NCBI GenBank assembly: GCA_964455175.1
Contig: CAYVUW010000004.1
Coordinates: forward strand, 5,177-65,152
DNA: 59,976 bases
Reading direction: 5' to 3'
Source of the DNA: an uncultured Acidobacteriota bacterium
GTDB taxonomy: Bacteria; Acidobacteriota; UBA890
The translations under genes and the position numbers were made by a program. Below, one piece after another: positions 20,036-29,416 of the stretch; position 1 is the stretch's first letter; each line of letters opens with the position of its first letter. The notes under the pieces are model-generated. The model was not told the DNA's origin. It searched no databases and worked only from the letters and a program-made list of their open reading frames with translations.

Positions 20036-21118
20036 TCATTCCAGGACACGCGCCTTGTTCCAGTATGAGGTGTTGTGAAAATCAGCAACGAAACTGCCTG
20101 GGGGGACCAGTTTGTCGCATGCCTCTCGAAGCTCGTTACTGAGATCCATCTCCAGCACTGGTAGAAGGGTTTCCAGATGCTCCAGGGTTCGAGTACCCAT
20201 TAGTGGGGCAGTGATCCCTGGTTGATCCTTGGACCACAGTAACGCTAACTGGGCTGGCGGAATCCCAGCCTTGTCAGCCAGCTTCATAAACTCGACGCCG
20301 ATTTCAACCCCTTTTTCGTTGACGCGCTTAGCGTAGAAACCACCACGAGTAACGGCACGCGAGCCTTCCGGAAAGTCATTCGCATCCGTGTACCGGCCGG
20401 CAAGGATGCCCATGGCGAGCGGGCCCCAAGTGATTAGTCCGACACCGTATCGCTGCGCCATTGGAATCAGCTCGTTTTCGATACGTCGATCTAAAAGATT
20501 GTAGGGTGGCTGCTCTGTGGCAATGCGGACACAGTTTTTTATCTCACTGAACATAATCGCTTCCACGACGGCCCAAGAAGGGTGGGTTGATGTCCCGATG
20601 TAACGGACTTTCCCCTGCCGTACCAGATCTGTCAGAGCCCCGAGTGTCTCCTCGATCGGTAGCTCAGGTGTTTGTCGGTGGAGCTGTAACAAATCGATGT
20701 AGTCAGTTTGGAGCCGTCGCAAAGAGTCTTCACAGGTTCGGATGATGTTGAGCCGCGAGTGGCCGAATTCATTAGGGCCGAGGGAGTCGGTCTCCATGCT
20801 TGGCAGTGCGCTATCGGCATCCTCTGCCGGTTTGTACTCCTCGTACGACATGCCGACGCGCCGCCGTCCATGGTCAACCTTTGTCGCGACAAAAACTTGG
20901 TGCCGTTTTTTGTTGTCTTTAAGGGCTCGCCCGATGATGCGCTCGCTTGCACCCTCGCAATAGGTGTCACCAGTGTCGATCAGGTTGATGCCGGCATCGA
21001 GCGTTCGATTGATGATCTTCCGGGCTTCCTCCTCGGAGGTTGCGTCACCGAAGTTGTCGGTTCCGAGGCCAAGTGGAGAAACTTTGACACCGGTGCGTCC
21101 TAATGCACGGTATTCCAA
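20036..21118 (-). CDS. Aldo/keto reductase (paralog 3 of 3)
   Basis: TTG start (EYRALGRTGVKVSPLGLG) after AAGGA; DTGDTY, ATK, LLQLH and [11 protein letters not shown]. Confidence 0.93.
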   Translation of the reverse strand: MEYRALGRTGVKVSPLGLGTDNFGDATSEEEARKIINRTLDAGINLIDTGDTYCEGASERIIGRALKDNKKRHQVFVATKVDHGRRRVGMSYEEYKPAEDADSALPSMETDSLGPNEFGHSRLNIIRTCEDSLRRLQTDYIDLLQLHRQTPELPIEETLGALTDLVRQGKVRYIGTSTHPSWAVVEAIMFSEIKNCVRIATEQPPYNLLDRRIENELIPMAQRYGVGLITWGPLAMGILAGRYTDANDFPEGSRAVTRGGFYAKRVNEKGVEIGVEFMKLADKAGIPPAQLALLWSKDQPGITAPLMGTRTLEHLETLLPVLEMDLSNELREACDKLVPPGSFVADFHNTSYWNKARVLE

Positions 21119-21387
21119 GGTTGTTTCCTTCTGTCGAGTCACTCAGCGGGTCATCCAGCTCACATAATAAGCGCCGGGGAAGTTTAGCTGAGCGTTGTTT
21201 TTCTAAGGGCTTTAGGAGTTGATGGTATGTGTCTGGTAGCACCGGATAATACTCATGAATGCCGACCGCTGCTTACGGTCTTTCTTCTGTTGGTAACTGG
21301 CAGAGTACTCTCCGAGGTATACGTGGCACGAAGATCTATAACAATGGATGAGTCTGAATACCGTCTCGCCAGATAGTGAGGAGATTA

Positions 21388-22980
21388 ATGCATTACTTAA
21401 AGGCCATATTTGTTGGGCTATTTTCCTGGCCATTGATTGTCGCTGCTGGGGGTAGTGTCCAAGAACCAGTGGACTATGAGGTTATCGAACGGATTAAGGC
21501 CGAAGCGTTTGGCAATTCCCAGGTGATGGATGTTGCCGGCACTCTGGCGGATGTTTATGGGCCTCGCTTCTCCAACTCACCCTCATACAATAGGGCGATC
21601 CAGTGGGCGCAGGAAAAATTTGAAGAGTTTGGGTTTGATGCCCAAATTGAGTCGTTCGGTCCCGTTGGGCTTGGGTGGGAGAATCGCTACACCTCGGTGC
21701 ATATGCTTGGCCCCGAGTACATGACAATAATTGCGTACCCGGTACCCTGGTCACGCGGGACAGAAGGGCGCATTACAAGCACAGCGGTTTTCGTCAATGC
21801 AGCGGCGATCCGATCCGAAGCAGAGTTGGAGGCCTACCGGGCCGAGGTACGCGACAAAGTCGTCTTCGTCGCTCCCGAGCGTAAACTCGTCCCGGGTTTT
21901 GAACCAAGCGGTGAGCGCTTCACTCAAGCACAACTCGACGATTGGTCACGGTTCTTTGTCTTGCCGCAATCGGAGCCTGCCACGGCGGTATATGTACCCC
22001 CGACAGCCAGCTCGTTAGGCGACCCTCTACCTCTAGAACGGATCGAGGCGTTTCTCGAAACGGCCGGAGCGTCACTGCTCGTTTCCCCGGGCATGGGAAC
22101 GAACCTGGGGGCTTTCGACAAGGGAACTGTACGCGTCGTCGGAGGCGCGCCAATTTCCCCTGCTGACCCTAAACCTATGCCGCAGGTAATCGTCGCACCC
22201 GAGCATTACAATCGTGTTGTGCGACTTCTCGAGAGAGGTGTCGAGGTTGCCATCGAGGCTGAAGTGAGGATCCATTACGACGAGGAAGATCTGCAGGACT
22301 ACAATTTAGTTGCCGAGATTCCTGGAACTGACCTTGCCCATGAGATCGTAATGATCGGCGGGCACTTCGATGCCGAATCAGCTGGCACAGGGGCTACCGA
22401 CAATGCCTCTGGCAGTGCTGTAGTCATGGAGGCGATGCGCGTTCTCCACTCGATCGGAGCCCAACCGCGACGTACGATTCGCGCTGTGTTGTGGGGCTCG
22501 GAGGAGGCAGGGCATTTGGGGTCCCGCAGCTACATCAACAACCACTTCGCCAACTGGGAAACCGGCGAACCTTTGCCCGACTACGACAACCTATCGGTCT
22601 ATTTCAATACTGACTGGTACGGTCGCTTCCGCGGAATCTTCCTCGAAGGCAACCCCTTGGTTGTGCCAATCTTCACCGAATGGATGAAGCCTTTCAACAA
22701 CCTCGGGCTCACCCACCTTATTCCAGTTAACACCCGGGGCACCGATAGTGACTCGTTCAATGCGGTTGGCCTCCCAGGATTTAAGTTTCTGCAGGACGAT
22801 CTTGAGTACTTCACCACGACATGGCATTCGAATATGGATGTGTACGATCGGCTTGTTGCCGAAGACTTGATGGGCAATGCAGCCATTCTCGCTAGCTTTG
22901 CCTATCATGCGGCGATGCGTGACGAAAAGATCCCACGAGTTGAAAAAAGGCTCATCAACGGACGTCGCTGGCTCAAATAA
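21388..22980 (+). CDS. Exported M28 family peptidase (carboxypeptidase Q-like, PA insert), canonical active site
   Basis: GAGGAG RBS and signal peptide. Motifs GGHFD, GATDNASG, WGSEEAG, FNTD and WHSNMDVYD. Confidence 0.9.
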   Translation: MHYLKAIFVGLFSWPLIVAAGGSVQEPVDYEVIERIKAEAFGNSQVMDVAGTLADVYGPRFSNSPSYNRAIQWAQEKFEEFGFDAQIESFGPVGLGWENRYTSVHMLGPEYMTIIAYPVPWSRGTEGRITSTAVFVNAAAIRSEAELEAYRAEVRDKVVFVAPERKLVPGFEPSGERFTQAQLDDWSRFFVLPQSEPATAVYVPPTASSLGDPLPLERIEAFLETAGASLLVSPGMGTNLGAFDKGTVRVVGGAPISPADPKPMPQVIVAPEHYNRVVRLLERGVEVAIEAEVRIHYDEEDLQDYNLVAEIPGTDLAHEIVMIGGHFDAESAGTGATDNASGSAVVMEAMRVLHSIGAQPRRTIRAVLWGSEEAGHLGSRSYINNHFANWETGEPLPDYDNLSVYFNTDWYGRFRGIFLEGNPLVVPIFTEWMKPFNNLGLTHLIPVNTRGTDSDSFNAVGLPGFKFLQDDLEYFTTTWHSNMDVYDRLVAEDLMGNAAILASFAYHAAMRDEKIPRVEKRLINGRRWLK

Positions 22981-22988
22981 AAATAAGC

Positions 22989-24374
22989 TCAGCGGATTAA
23001 CAGAATCCTCGGATTCGGAGGATAGAGCCATTCGACGCCATGGACCGTAACGATGGCGTTGTCCTCGAAGTTGATCGACATGCGTGTTCCATCGTCCATG
23101 ACGGAATGCACCACGAATTCCAGCGAGAAGATGTTGTCTGGTTGGATCATGACGTGTGCACGATCGGGGCGGAACGGTGCGAACGATGGTCCCACTGCTG
23201 CCTCGCTGTTCCCGGTATTGCCGACGGTGTGGCAGTCAATGGAAATACCAGTACGAGGATCCTCGCCCATCGCGTTGATGATGTCGCGATCGCGGCTGTC
23301 GTCGACGAAGGGTGTGTAAACGTACCCTGCTGCCTCCAGAACCTCGACAAGGTATGCCAATGTCTCACCGGCTGTACGTCCAACTTTGATGTTGTTTTCG
23401 ATGATCTGCCGGGCCTGGTAGCCCATGTCCCAGGCGTGTTGGATGTCAGCTGGCGGAGCGGTTTCTCCCTCGCGCAACACGTAAGCGTGGCGCTTGAAGT
23501 CGGTGCCGAAGTTCAGGTAGCGGATTCCCATGTCATAAGAGAGGAAATCTCCGCGTTGAATGGCTCCGTCCCGGCTTCTCCGTGGCCCACGGCCCCCTGC
23601 TGCAGTTCGGGAGATCCCAGGGGTGCTAACCCCAAATGATGGCCGCACACCCATCTCTAACAGCCTCTCCTGTACCCACCAGCCCACGTCCCGGCTGGTG
23701 GTGGCCCCAGGCACAACGACCTCATTTGATAGTGCTCTCTCCAACGTGCGCCGAGTCATTTCACCAGCTGTGGAAAAAGCGGCGATCTCTCGCTCTACTC
23801 GACGTACACGGAAGTCGGTTATGAGCTGGTCCGCTGATACCAGTCGATCGGCATAAACCGGTCCGATTGTTTCCACAAGATTCTGGTAGTCGGTGTGCGA
23901 CATGCCGTCGGCAACGCCGATCCATTTCGAGCTATTGATTGCTATGCGCCGTGGATCGCGTTCCTCGACCAAGGTCCGGAGATCTTCGGTCGATCCAACT
24001 GTGTCGTATACAGACCGATCTTGCAGTTGGAATGGGCTTAACGCGATGCGTTCGATTCTATCGCCCCCGCGATCGGCAAAAACAAACGTTCCAAATTCGG
24101 CCCCTAGATCGTGTTCCAACGGGTCGGGGTTGCCCATGCGGATCGAGTGGATCCACATATCGATGCCGTTATCACGCATCGCTCCCGGCAAGATCAGGTT
24201 GAACTTATCGCGCCGGATAAGGTTGAGCGTTTCCCAGCGAGCTTTGGCATCGAGCATGCGCACGTCTTGGCTCACGACCGGTTGCGCGCTCGACAAATTA
24301 CCCATCGCGAGTATGAGGGCCAACAACCCACCACCTAGCAAAGCGGTTCTAGTTGTGCTGGAACTCCCCTTCAT
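22989..24374 (-). CDS. Exported M24 family protein, HxxGNTGN variant
   Basis: Signal peptide. Motifs SYDMG..GTDFKR, CHTVGNTGN, SLEF and FEDN. ATGA overlap with the TPR gene stop. Confidence 0.85.
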   Translation of the reverse strand: MKGSSSTTRTALLGGGLLALILAMGNLSSAQPVVSQDVRMLDAKARWETLNLIRRDKFNLILPGAMRDNGIDMWIHSIRMGNPDPLEHDLGAEFGTFVFADRGGDRIERIALSPFQLQDRSVYDTVGSTEDLRTLVEERDPRRIAINSSKWIGVADGMSHTDYQNLVETIGPVYADRLVSADQLITDFRVRRVEREIAAFSTAGEMTRRTLERALSNEVVVPGATTSRDVGWWVQERLLEMGVRPSFGVSTPGISRTAAGGRGPRRSRDGAIQRGDFLSYDMGIRYLNFGTDFKRHAYVLREGETAPPADIQHAWDMGYQARQIIENNIKVGRTAGETLAYLVEVLEAAGYVYTPFVDDSRDRDIINAMGEDPRTGISIDCHTVGNTGNSEAAVGPSFAPFRPDRAHVMIQPDNIFSLEFVVHSVMDDGTRMSINFEDNAIVTVHGVEWLYPPNPRILLIR

Positions 24375-25255
24375 TTGCCCTTATCTCCATGCTCCTGGCC
24401 TTGCTGTTCAAGCCAAGTTTCAAGGTACCTGATATGCACGGCGACATCGCTTCGTATGGCGCTCGGTGTAGTGATGTCAGACAGTGACATCTGCCGCGAG
24501 TAAATTTCTTCACCGGAAGTTGGGTGTACCAATTTAAAGTAGCCGTTAATTTCCCCATCTTCGAAGGTGTCCGCTTGGACTAAGAGCACATGGGTGGCCA
24601 AGGCTACCTGGCTGACGGCCGCGAAATGTTTTGATTCCACAAGCGCAAGAATATACAGACGACGAACTTCCGGGAGTTCTTGTTGCGTACGGTTCATCTC
24701 AACAGAGCTGGTGTCCAAAAAAGAACTGGGCGATAAGTCCGCGGTAATTAGCCGGGTCATGTCCAGGTCGGCAACAAAAACACGTGGCGCAGCGAGGCGG
24801 ACATCCAAGTCATCAGGGCGCGGCGAAACTGCTTCGATTTGCTTGAAATACGCGGCCATGTCTTGCCCCGACTGGGCTGCGAGAATTGCTTGATCCCAGG
24901 CGTCTTCAAAACGTTGGCTTTGAAATGCTGCGATCATGGCCCCCTGGTGGATCGGGGCGTTACCCGGGTCTAGCTTTGCGGCCTGAGTGAGAAGGTCAAA
25001 GGCTTCATCGAATCGTCGGAGACGTCCGAGCGTCGTCCCGGCGAAATACAAAGCTGGCACATACTCCGGAGCCTCCTCGAGGGCTTGCTGCAGTTCCGCC
25101 AGTGCTTGTTCGAGTTGACCCTCCTGGAGTAGTTGCTGCCCTTTCTGTATGCGCTCCTCGAGGGTCTGCGCTATGGCGCCACTAGGGATAGCGAGCAATG
25201 TTAAACAGGACAAGAAGGCGAATGCTCGTAATCTGATTTCATAGGCTCGGGTCAT
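24371..25255 (-). CDS. Exported tetratricopeptide-repeat protein with an uncharacterised C-terminal domain
   Basis: Signal RLRAFAFLSCLTLLAIPSGAIA and TPR-like helices (ALAELQQALEEAPEYVPALYFAG, AFDLLTQAAKLDPGNA). Start 25255 follows GAGGA; 25285 is an alternative. The ORF-track extension to 25564 overlaps the TMEM220 gene. Confidence 0.75.
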   Translation of the reverse strand: MTRAYEIRLRAFAFLSCLTLLAIPSGAIAQTLEERIQKGQQLLQEGQLEQALAELQQALEEAPEYVPALYFAGTTLGRLRRFDEAFDLLTQAAKLDPGNAPIHQGAMIAAFQSQRFEDAWDQAILAAQSGQDMAAYFKQIEAVSPRPDDLDVRLAAPRVFVADLDMTRLITADLSPSSFLDTSSVEMNRTQQELPEVRRLYILALVESKHFAAVSQVALATHVLLVQADTFEDGEINGYFKLVHPTSGEEIYSRQMSLSDITTPSAIRSDVAVHIRYLETWLEQQGQEHGDKGK

Positions 25256-25281
25256 CAGTTTTATTCCTCTCGACAGGTGTT

Positions 25282-25695
25282 TCATTGTTGGGTTTTGCGG
25301 CCCCGATGGACAAGATACGTAGTCCAGGATGCAACCGATAGAAGTCCCAAGAACTCGCGTCCTTCTTCCATTTCTCTGCTCATCATCTCCCAGGATTGAA
25401 AAAGGTCTGGGTGTGGGAATGAGGTTTGCGTAACTACTGTGGGTACTAGTGTGGCTGCCCAAACGAAGGCCCCCACCGCAACCACTGCCGGTATTTTCCA
25501 CAAGTCCGGAAACCACAACGCGGCGAAAGAGACACCCGCTGCGGCAAGGTAAAGCACCAACCAAGCATAAGGATCAGGATCGTTGTATTGCACTGCAGCT
25601 GCAAAGACAAGCAACATCCCCACGGTGCCGACCCCAAATTTCGCTGTCTTGGACGGCATTTCCAGCGTGCCCGGAATGGCATTCTCTCCCGGCAT
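25282..25695 (-). CDS. Transmembrane 220 (TMEM220) family protein
   Basis: QYNDPDPYAWLVLY and EEGREFLGL motifs; four hydrophobic segments; TAATG coupling to the upstream M24 gene. Confidence 0.8.
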   Translation of the reverse strand: MPGENAIPGTLEMPSKTAKFGVGTVGMLLVFAAAVQYNDPDPYAWLVLYLAAAGVSFAALWFPDLWKIPAVVAVGAFVWAATLVPTVVTQTSFPHPDLFQSWEMMSREMEEGREFLGLLSVASWTTYLVHRGRKTQQ

Positions 25696-27047
25696 TACTT
25701 AATGATGTACCACTCGACCTGGCGGCCGCCAAGGAAAACAAGCCGGTCCTCGGTCATGGCTACATTTTGCTCCAGTGTAATGCGGACATCCTGTCCACCC
25801 CATTCCGGAACAGATGTCCACGTGTGCAACTCCATGGCGTATGTCGTGTTGGCGTAGACCGGATATCCTCCCGGTGGTAGCAATGGCGCCGGTTCAGCCA
25901 GCTCGCCACCCCCCAGGCCAGGTCCGGCCCCATAGCGCATCTTGATAAACCCCCCATTCAAGCTGTATCGCCGAAGATAATACGGCAGCGGATGTGAGTA
26001 GATCGATGGTCGCAAGCCGTCGTCCCAGGCAGCCTCAAGAGCATCGTTGACAATGTCATTCGACGGTTTGCCGGCCGCGAAAGCGTTAGCAAAGTGTATT
26101 TGAAGACGATTGGTGTTGTTGAGTGCTACTTGTAATCCTTCGGGTGCATCCGTCTCGCCTTCCTTCAGCACATAGGCGACTTGCTGTGTGTCCGTTCCAA
26201 CGCCGAAATAGTTGATTCCGGTATCCACGCTGATCATGTCTCCACGCCTAATGATCATGTTGTAACCATTGCGAGGTGGCACCTCAATGGTGAAGTGTTC
26301 GTCATCCTCTTCATACTTAGGACGCTCGAGTCGGCTTCGTTGGATCGTGATCGTTGGATGGTCGCTGGTTTCGAGCCCCAGGTCGCGGTAACGCTGACGG
26401 ATCCACCAGTTCAGATCGTCGGTCGTAGTGACGTCCGGCACAACGACCCTGTTCGAGAATGCCTCAGCGATAATGTCGTAGGCGACCCGCGCTACGTGGT
26501 TGAAGGCACTGACTTCTTCGGGGTTTCTTTTCTCCAGGAATCCGGTACGCAGGTCACGGCTGACGACAAAGCGTGCGGCCATTTCGCTGTCAACGATCTC
26601 GGCAAATTGCTCTCGTGAACCACGGCTGACACCTATGTGGCTGGGATCATGGCTGTTTATGAGATCGGCAACTTCGCCGGCATCAATTGCCAAAGACTCG
26701 ACACCATCGTCTGCGCCCTTATCTATAAAGATCAATGCGTCATATCGCTGTGATACTAAGCCTTCATAATTGGCCGGTACCAACGAGTAATAAAGGGCGC
26801 CGTCTTCCTCACCGATCAGCCACACGTCGACCCCCACGCGTCGCATTACCTCAGGAACGATGTGTTTCTTCCGCCAGCGCAGCCACTCTTCTTCCATCAG
26901 TATTTGCTGTCTTATGGGTGCAATGTTCTCGATGTCGTTTTGCGACTCGATGCCGTAGGGTTGCTGGAAGGCTTGTGGCCTACCGATGGCCGTAGGTAGC
27001 AGCACCATAACTACCAAGAAGGAAAACGCTACTTTTGTTAGCGACAT
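25695..27047 (-). CDS. Exported M24 family protein with an insertion after the metal-ligand His
   Basis: Signal peptide. Motifs DHPTITIQR, SVDTG..GTDTQQ, SHPLPYYLRR...YGAGPG, AMEL and LEQN. Confidence 0.82.
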   Translation of the reverse strand: MSLTKVAFSFLVVMVLLPTAIGRPQAFQQPYGIESQNDIENIAPIRQQILMEEEWLRWRKKHIVPEVMRRVGVDVWLIGEEDGALYYSLVPANYEGLVSQRYDALIFIDKGADDGVESLAIDAGEVADLINSHDPSHIGVSRGSREQFAEIVDSEMAARFVVSRDLRTGFLEKRNPEEVSAFNHVARVAYDIIAEAFSNRVVVPDVTTTDDLNWWIRQRYRDLGLETSDHPTITIQRSRLERPKYEEDDEHFTIEVPPRNGYNMIIRRGDMISVDTGINYFGVGTDTQQVAYVLKEGETDAPEGLQVALNNTNRLQIHFANAFAAGKPSNDIVNDALEAAWDDGLRPSIYSHPLPYYLRRYSLNGGFIKMRYGAGPGLGGGELAEPAPLLPPGGYPVYANTTYAMELHTWTSVPEWGGQDVRITLEQNVAMTEDRLVFLGGRQVEWYIIK

Positions 27048-27118
27048 TTCTTGCGTGTGTCCTGTCTGTTGGGTTGGTTCCGATACATTAGTGTGATCCC
27101 AACGAACCTGAGGAAAAC

Positions 27119-28555
27119 ATGATGATAGTTCGAACCATTCTATTTTTTTTCACGTCGCTACTCACGCTGTCTGCGACAGCCGTTCCGCAAATTGTGCAAA
27201 CGGCTCGAGAACGAGCCGAGATTCTCCACCTGATCCGAAAGGAAAAACTGGACCTGATCTTGCCGGATGCAATGCGTGACAACGACGTTGACATGTGGAT
27301 CCATGTAGCCCGCGGGGGAGATCCTGACCCGATGCAAGCTCATTTTGGTTCGATTTCAGGTTATGCGATCTTCACCGACCGAGGTGGAGACAGAATCGAG
27401 CGCGCTCTCTTCGGAGGAGGCGGGCATCCCGACTTCTTCGACATCTACGGCTCGCGAGATATAGCCATGGCGATTGAGGGCTATGACTATCGGACACAGG
27501 ATTTTGCCGTTTACAACGAACTGCGCGAGTTCGTGGCCGAGCGAGACCCTGAGGTCATCGCGGTCAACACGTCGGATTGGCTCTCCATTGCCGACGGCAT
27601 CTCTCATTCTCAATGGGAAAAGCTCGTACGTATTCTAGGCCCAGAATACGCGGCACGTATTATCTCCGCGGAAAACGTGATTACCGATTTTCGTGTGCGC
27701 AGAGTGCAGCGGGAGATCGTTGCTTTTGCTAACGCGCTGGAAATCCACCGCCAAATCCTCGAGCGTGCCTTGAGCAACGAGGTGATTGAGCCAGGCGTTA
27801 CGACGCTTGGTGAGATTGGCTGGTGGGTGCGTGAGGAGTTTGCCAAACGCGGCATGGACTTCGATAACGAAATGGGTGTCAGTATCCCGCGGATACTCTA
27901 CTCGCACGTGTCATTGCCAATCGACCCGCCAGATGTTCGATGGTGGATCCACCACGACGACTATGTGATTCAGAGGGGTGACTTCCTAACCTTTGACGTC
28001 AGTCTTCAGTACCTCGACTACTTCAGCACTGACTACAAGCGAAATGCTTATTTGTTGAGGGAAGGAGAAGAGACAGTGCCGGAGGACATCCAGTACGCCT
28101 ACGATCAGGCGATCGCAGCGAGGGCGATCATTCGTGAGGAAATAGAGGTTGGTAAGACCGCCGAGAAAACGCTAGCCGATATTGTTGCCGCTCTTGAAGC
28201 TGCGGACTATATCTACACCCCGTTCAAAGACGTTGGCACTGAGGACTACGTGCGTATACAAGAAGCACTAATTAACGAGGAACGTTCAGGGTTCTCTATC
28301 GACCTACACAGCCAGGGCAACAACGGGGGCAGCCTGATTACCGTCGGACCATCCGTGTCGCCGTTTCGTCTCGACCGGTCGCACCTGATCATTCAGGAGA
28401 ACAACTTCTTCTCGTTTGAGTACATGGTGCACACTAACCTACCGGAAAGGCCTAGGTTCCCGGTGTCGATTAACATCGAGGGGAACCACATAGTCACTAG
28501 CCGTGGGGTCGAATACCTTCACCCGCCGAACGAACGAATCTTGCTGGTCCACTGA
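27119..28555 (+). CDS. Exported M24 family protein, HSQGNN variant
   Basis: GAGGAA RBS and signal peptide. Motifs TFDVS..STDYKR, LHSQGNNGG, SFEY and IEGN. Close paralog of 55995-57422. Confidence 0.85.
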   Translation: MMIVRTILFFFTSLLTLSATAVPQIVQTARERAEILHLIRKEKLDLILPDAMRDNDVDMWIHVARGGDPDPMQAHFGSISGYAIFTDRGGDRIERALFGGGGHPDFFDIYGSRDIAMAIEGYDYRTQDFAVYNELREFVAERDPEVIAVNTSDWLSIADGISHSQWEKLVRILGPEYAARIISAENVITDFRVRRVQREIVAFANALEIHRQILERALSNEVIEPGVTTLGEIGWWVREEFAKRGMDFDNEMGVSIPRILYSHVSLPIDPPDVRWWIHHDDYVIQRGDFLTFDVSLQYLDYFSTDYKRNAYLLREGEETVPEDIQYAYDQAIAARAIIREEIEVGKTAEKTLADIVAALEAADYIYTPFKDVGTEDYVRIQEALINEERSGFSIDLHSQGNNGGSLITVGPSVSPFRLDRSHLIIQENNFFSFEYMVHTNLPERPRFPVSINIEGNHIVTSRGVEYLHPPNERILLVH

Positions 28556-28627
28556 AAGTGGTCACCGAAATTGGCGTGCACACGGTACCCGTAAACCCTT
28601 CTGATGTAAGCGCCGGAGAAATACAGG

Positions 28628-29377
28628 TCAATTTTGCAGCTCGCGGACCCAAATATTGCGAAAGCTGACCAGATTCCCATGATCCTGCAGCGTTAGAGGA
28701 AGCTTGCTTTCGTGGGCTTCGTATTCGGGCCTGCCGATGTATGTGGTGGGACCATGTAGCGTGACGTGATTGTGGATCAATATGCCATTGTGAAGCACAG
28801 TCATGGTCGCTGGCTCTTCGAGTTGCCCGTTTGAAGTAAAGCGCGGTGCGGTGAAAATAATGTCGTAGCTTTGCCACTCACCAGGCGCTCGTGTTGCATT
28901 AACCGTCGGGATGTATTGCTTATAGATGCTGCCCGCCTGGCCGTTCGAATAGGTGTGGCTTTCATAGGAATCGAGTACCTGCACCTCATACAAGCCCATG
29001 AGAAATACGCCGCTGTTGCCGCGTTCTTGACCTTCCCCTGTCAGCACTAAGGGGGTTTTCCATTCGAGGTGGAGTTGAACGTCGCCGAATGCTGCCCGGG
29101 TAGCCAAGTCCCCGGTGCCTGGCACTACCGTAAAGGCACCTTCCTCGACTTCCCACTCGGGAGTGCCGTTACGACCTGACCATTCCGACAGGTCTATTCC
29201 ATCGAACAGCACTACCGCGTCTGAAGGGGCTCGCGTGGTGTGCCCAGGATCGATCTTGGGGGGGACCGGATTCCAGACTTCAGTGGCTGTTGGGTCCTGT
29301 TGTGACAGGGCGGCGGTGACCGCCATCCCAAGGGCAAGTATGAGGAAGGAACATGTGGTGAATCTCGACGCTTGCAT
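28628..29377 (-). CDS. DUF1080 (3-keto-disaccharide hydrolase family) exported protein
   Basis: Signal peptide. Motifs APSDAVVLFDG, GNSGVFLMGLYEVQVLDS, NGQAGSIYKQ and LQDHGNLVSFRNIWVREL. Confidence 0.92.
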   Translation of the reverse strand: MQASRFTTCSFLILALGMAVTAALSQQDPTATEVWNPVPPKIDPGHTTRAPSDAVVLFDGIDLSEWSGRNGTPEWEVEEGAFTVVPGTGDLATRAAFGDVQLHLEWKTPLVLTGEGQERGNSGVFLMGLYEVQVLDSYESHTYSNGQAGSIYKQYIPTVNATRAPGEWQSYDIIFTAPRFTSNGQLEEPATMTVLHNGILIHNHVTLHGPTTYIGRPEYEAHESKLPLTLQDHGNLVSFRNIWVRELQN

Positions 29378-29416
29378 GGTTTGCTCCCGTGCAGGTGGAG
29401 GGTTATTACTACGTGT

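Noticed and set aside
13190-21192. Recurring intergenic TTTAGC(T/G)GA motif (about 13193, 16034, 19892, 21183), including a shared 12-mer GTAGGGTTTAGC
   Set aside because: A rough expectation for a few kb of intergenic DNA on two strands gives about one such match by chance, and distances to start codons are inconsistent.
21212-21433. 73-aa minus-strand ORF in the AKR/M28 divergent gap
   Set aside because: It overlaps the M28 start, has no RBS or motif, and occupies the expected promoter space.
25256-25564. 397-aa version of the TPR protein in the ORF track
   Set aside because: The extension overlaps the TMEM220 gene and would bury the signal peptide. Similar over-extended starts (746, 2026, 9293, 39478, 45875, 47658) were trimmed to RBS-supported codons.
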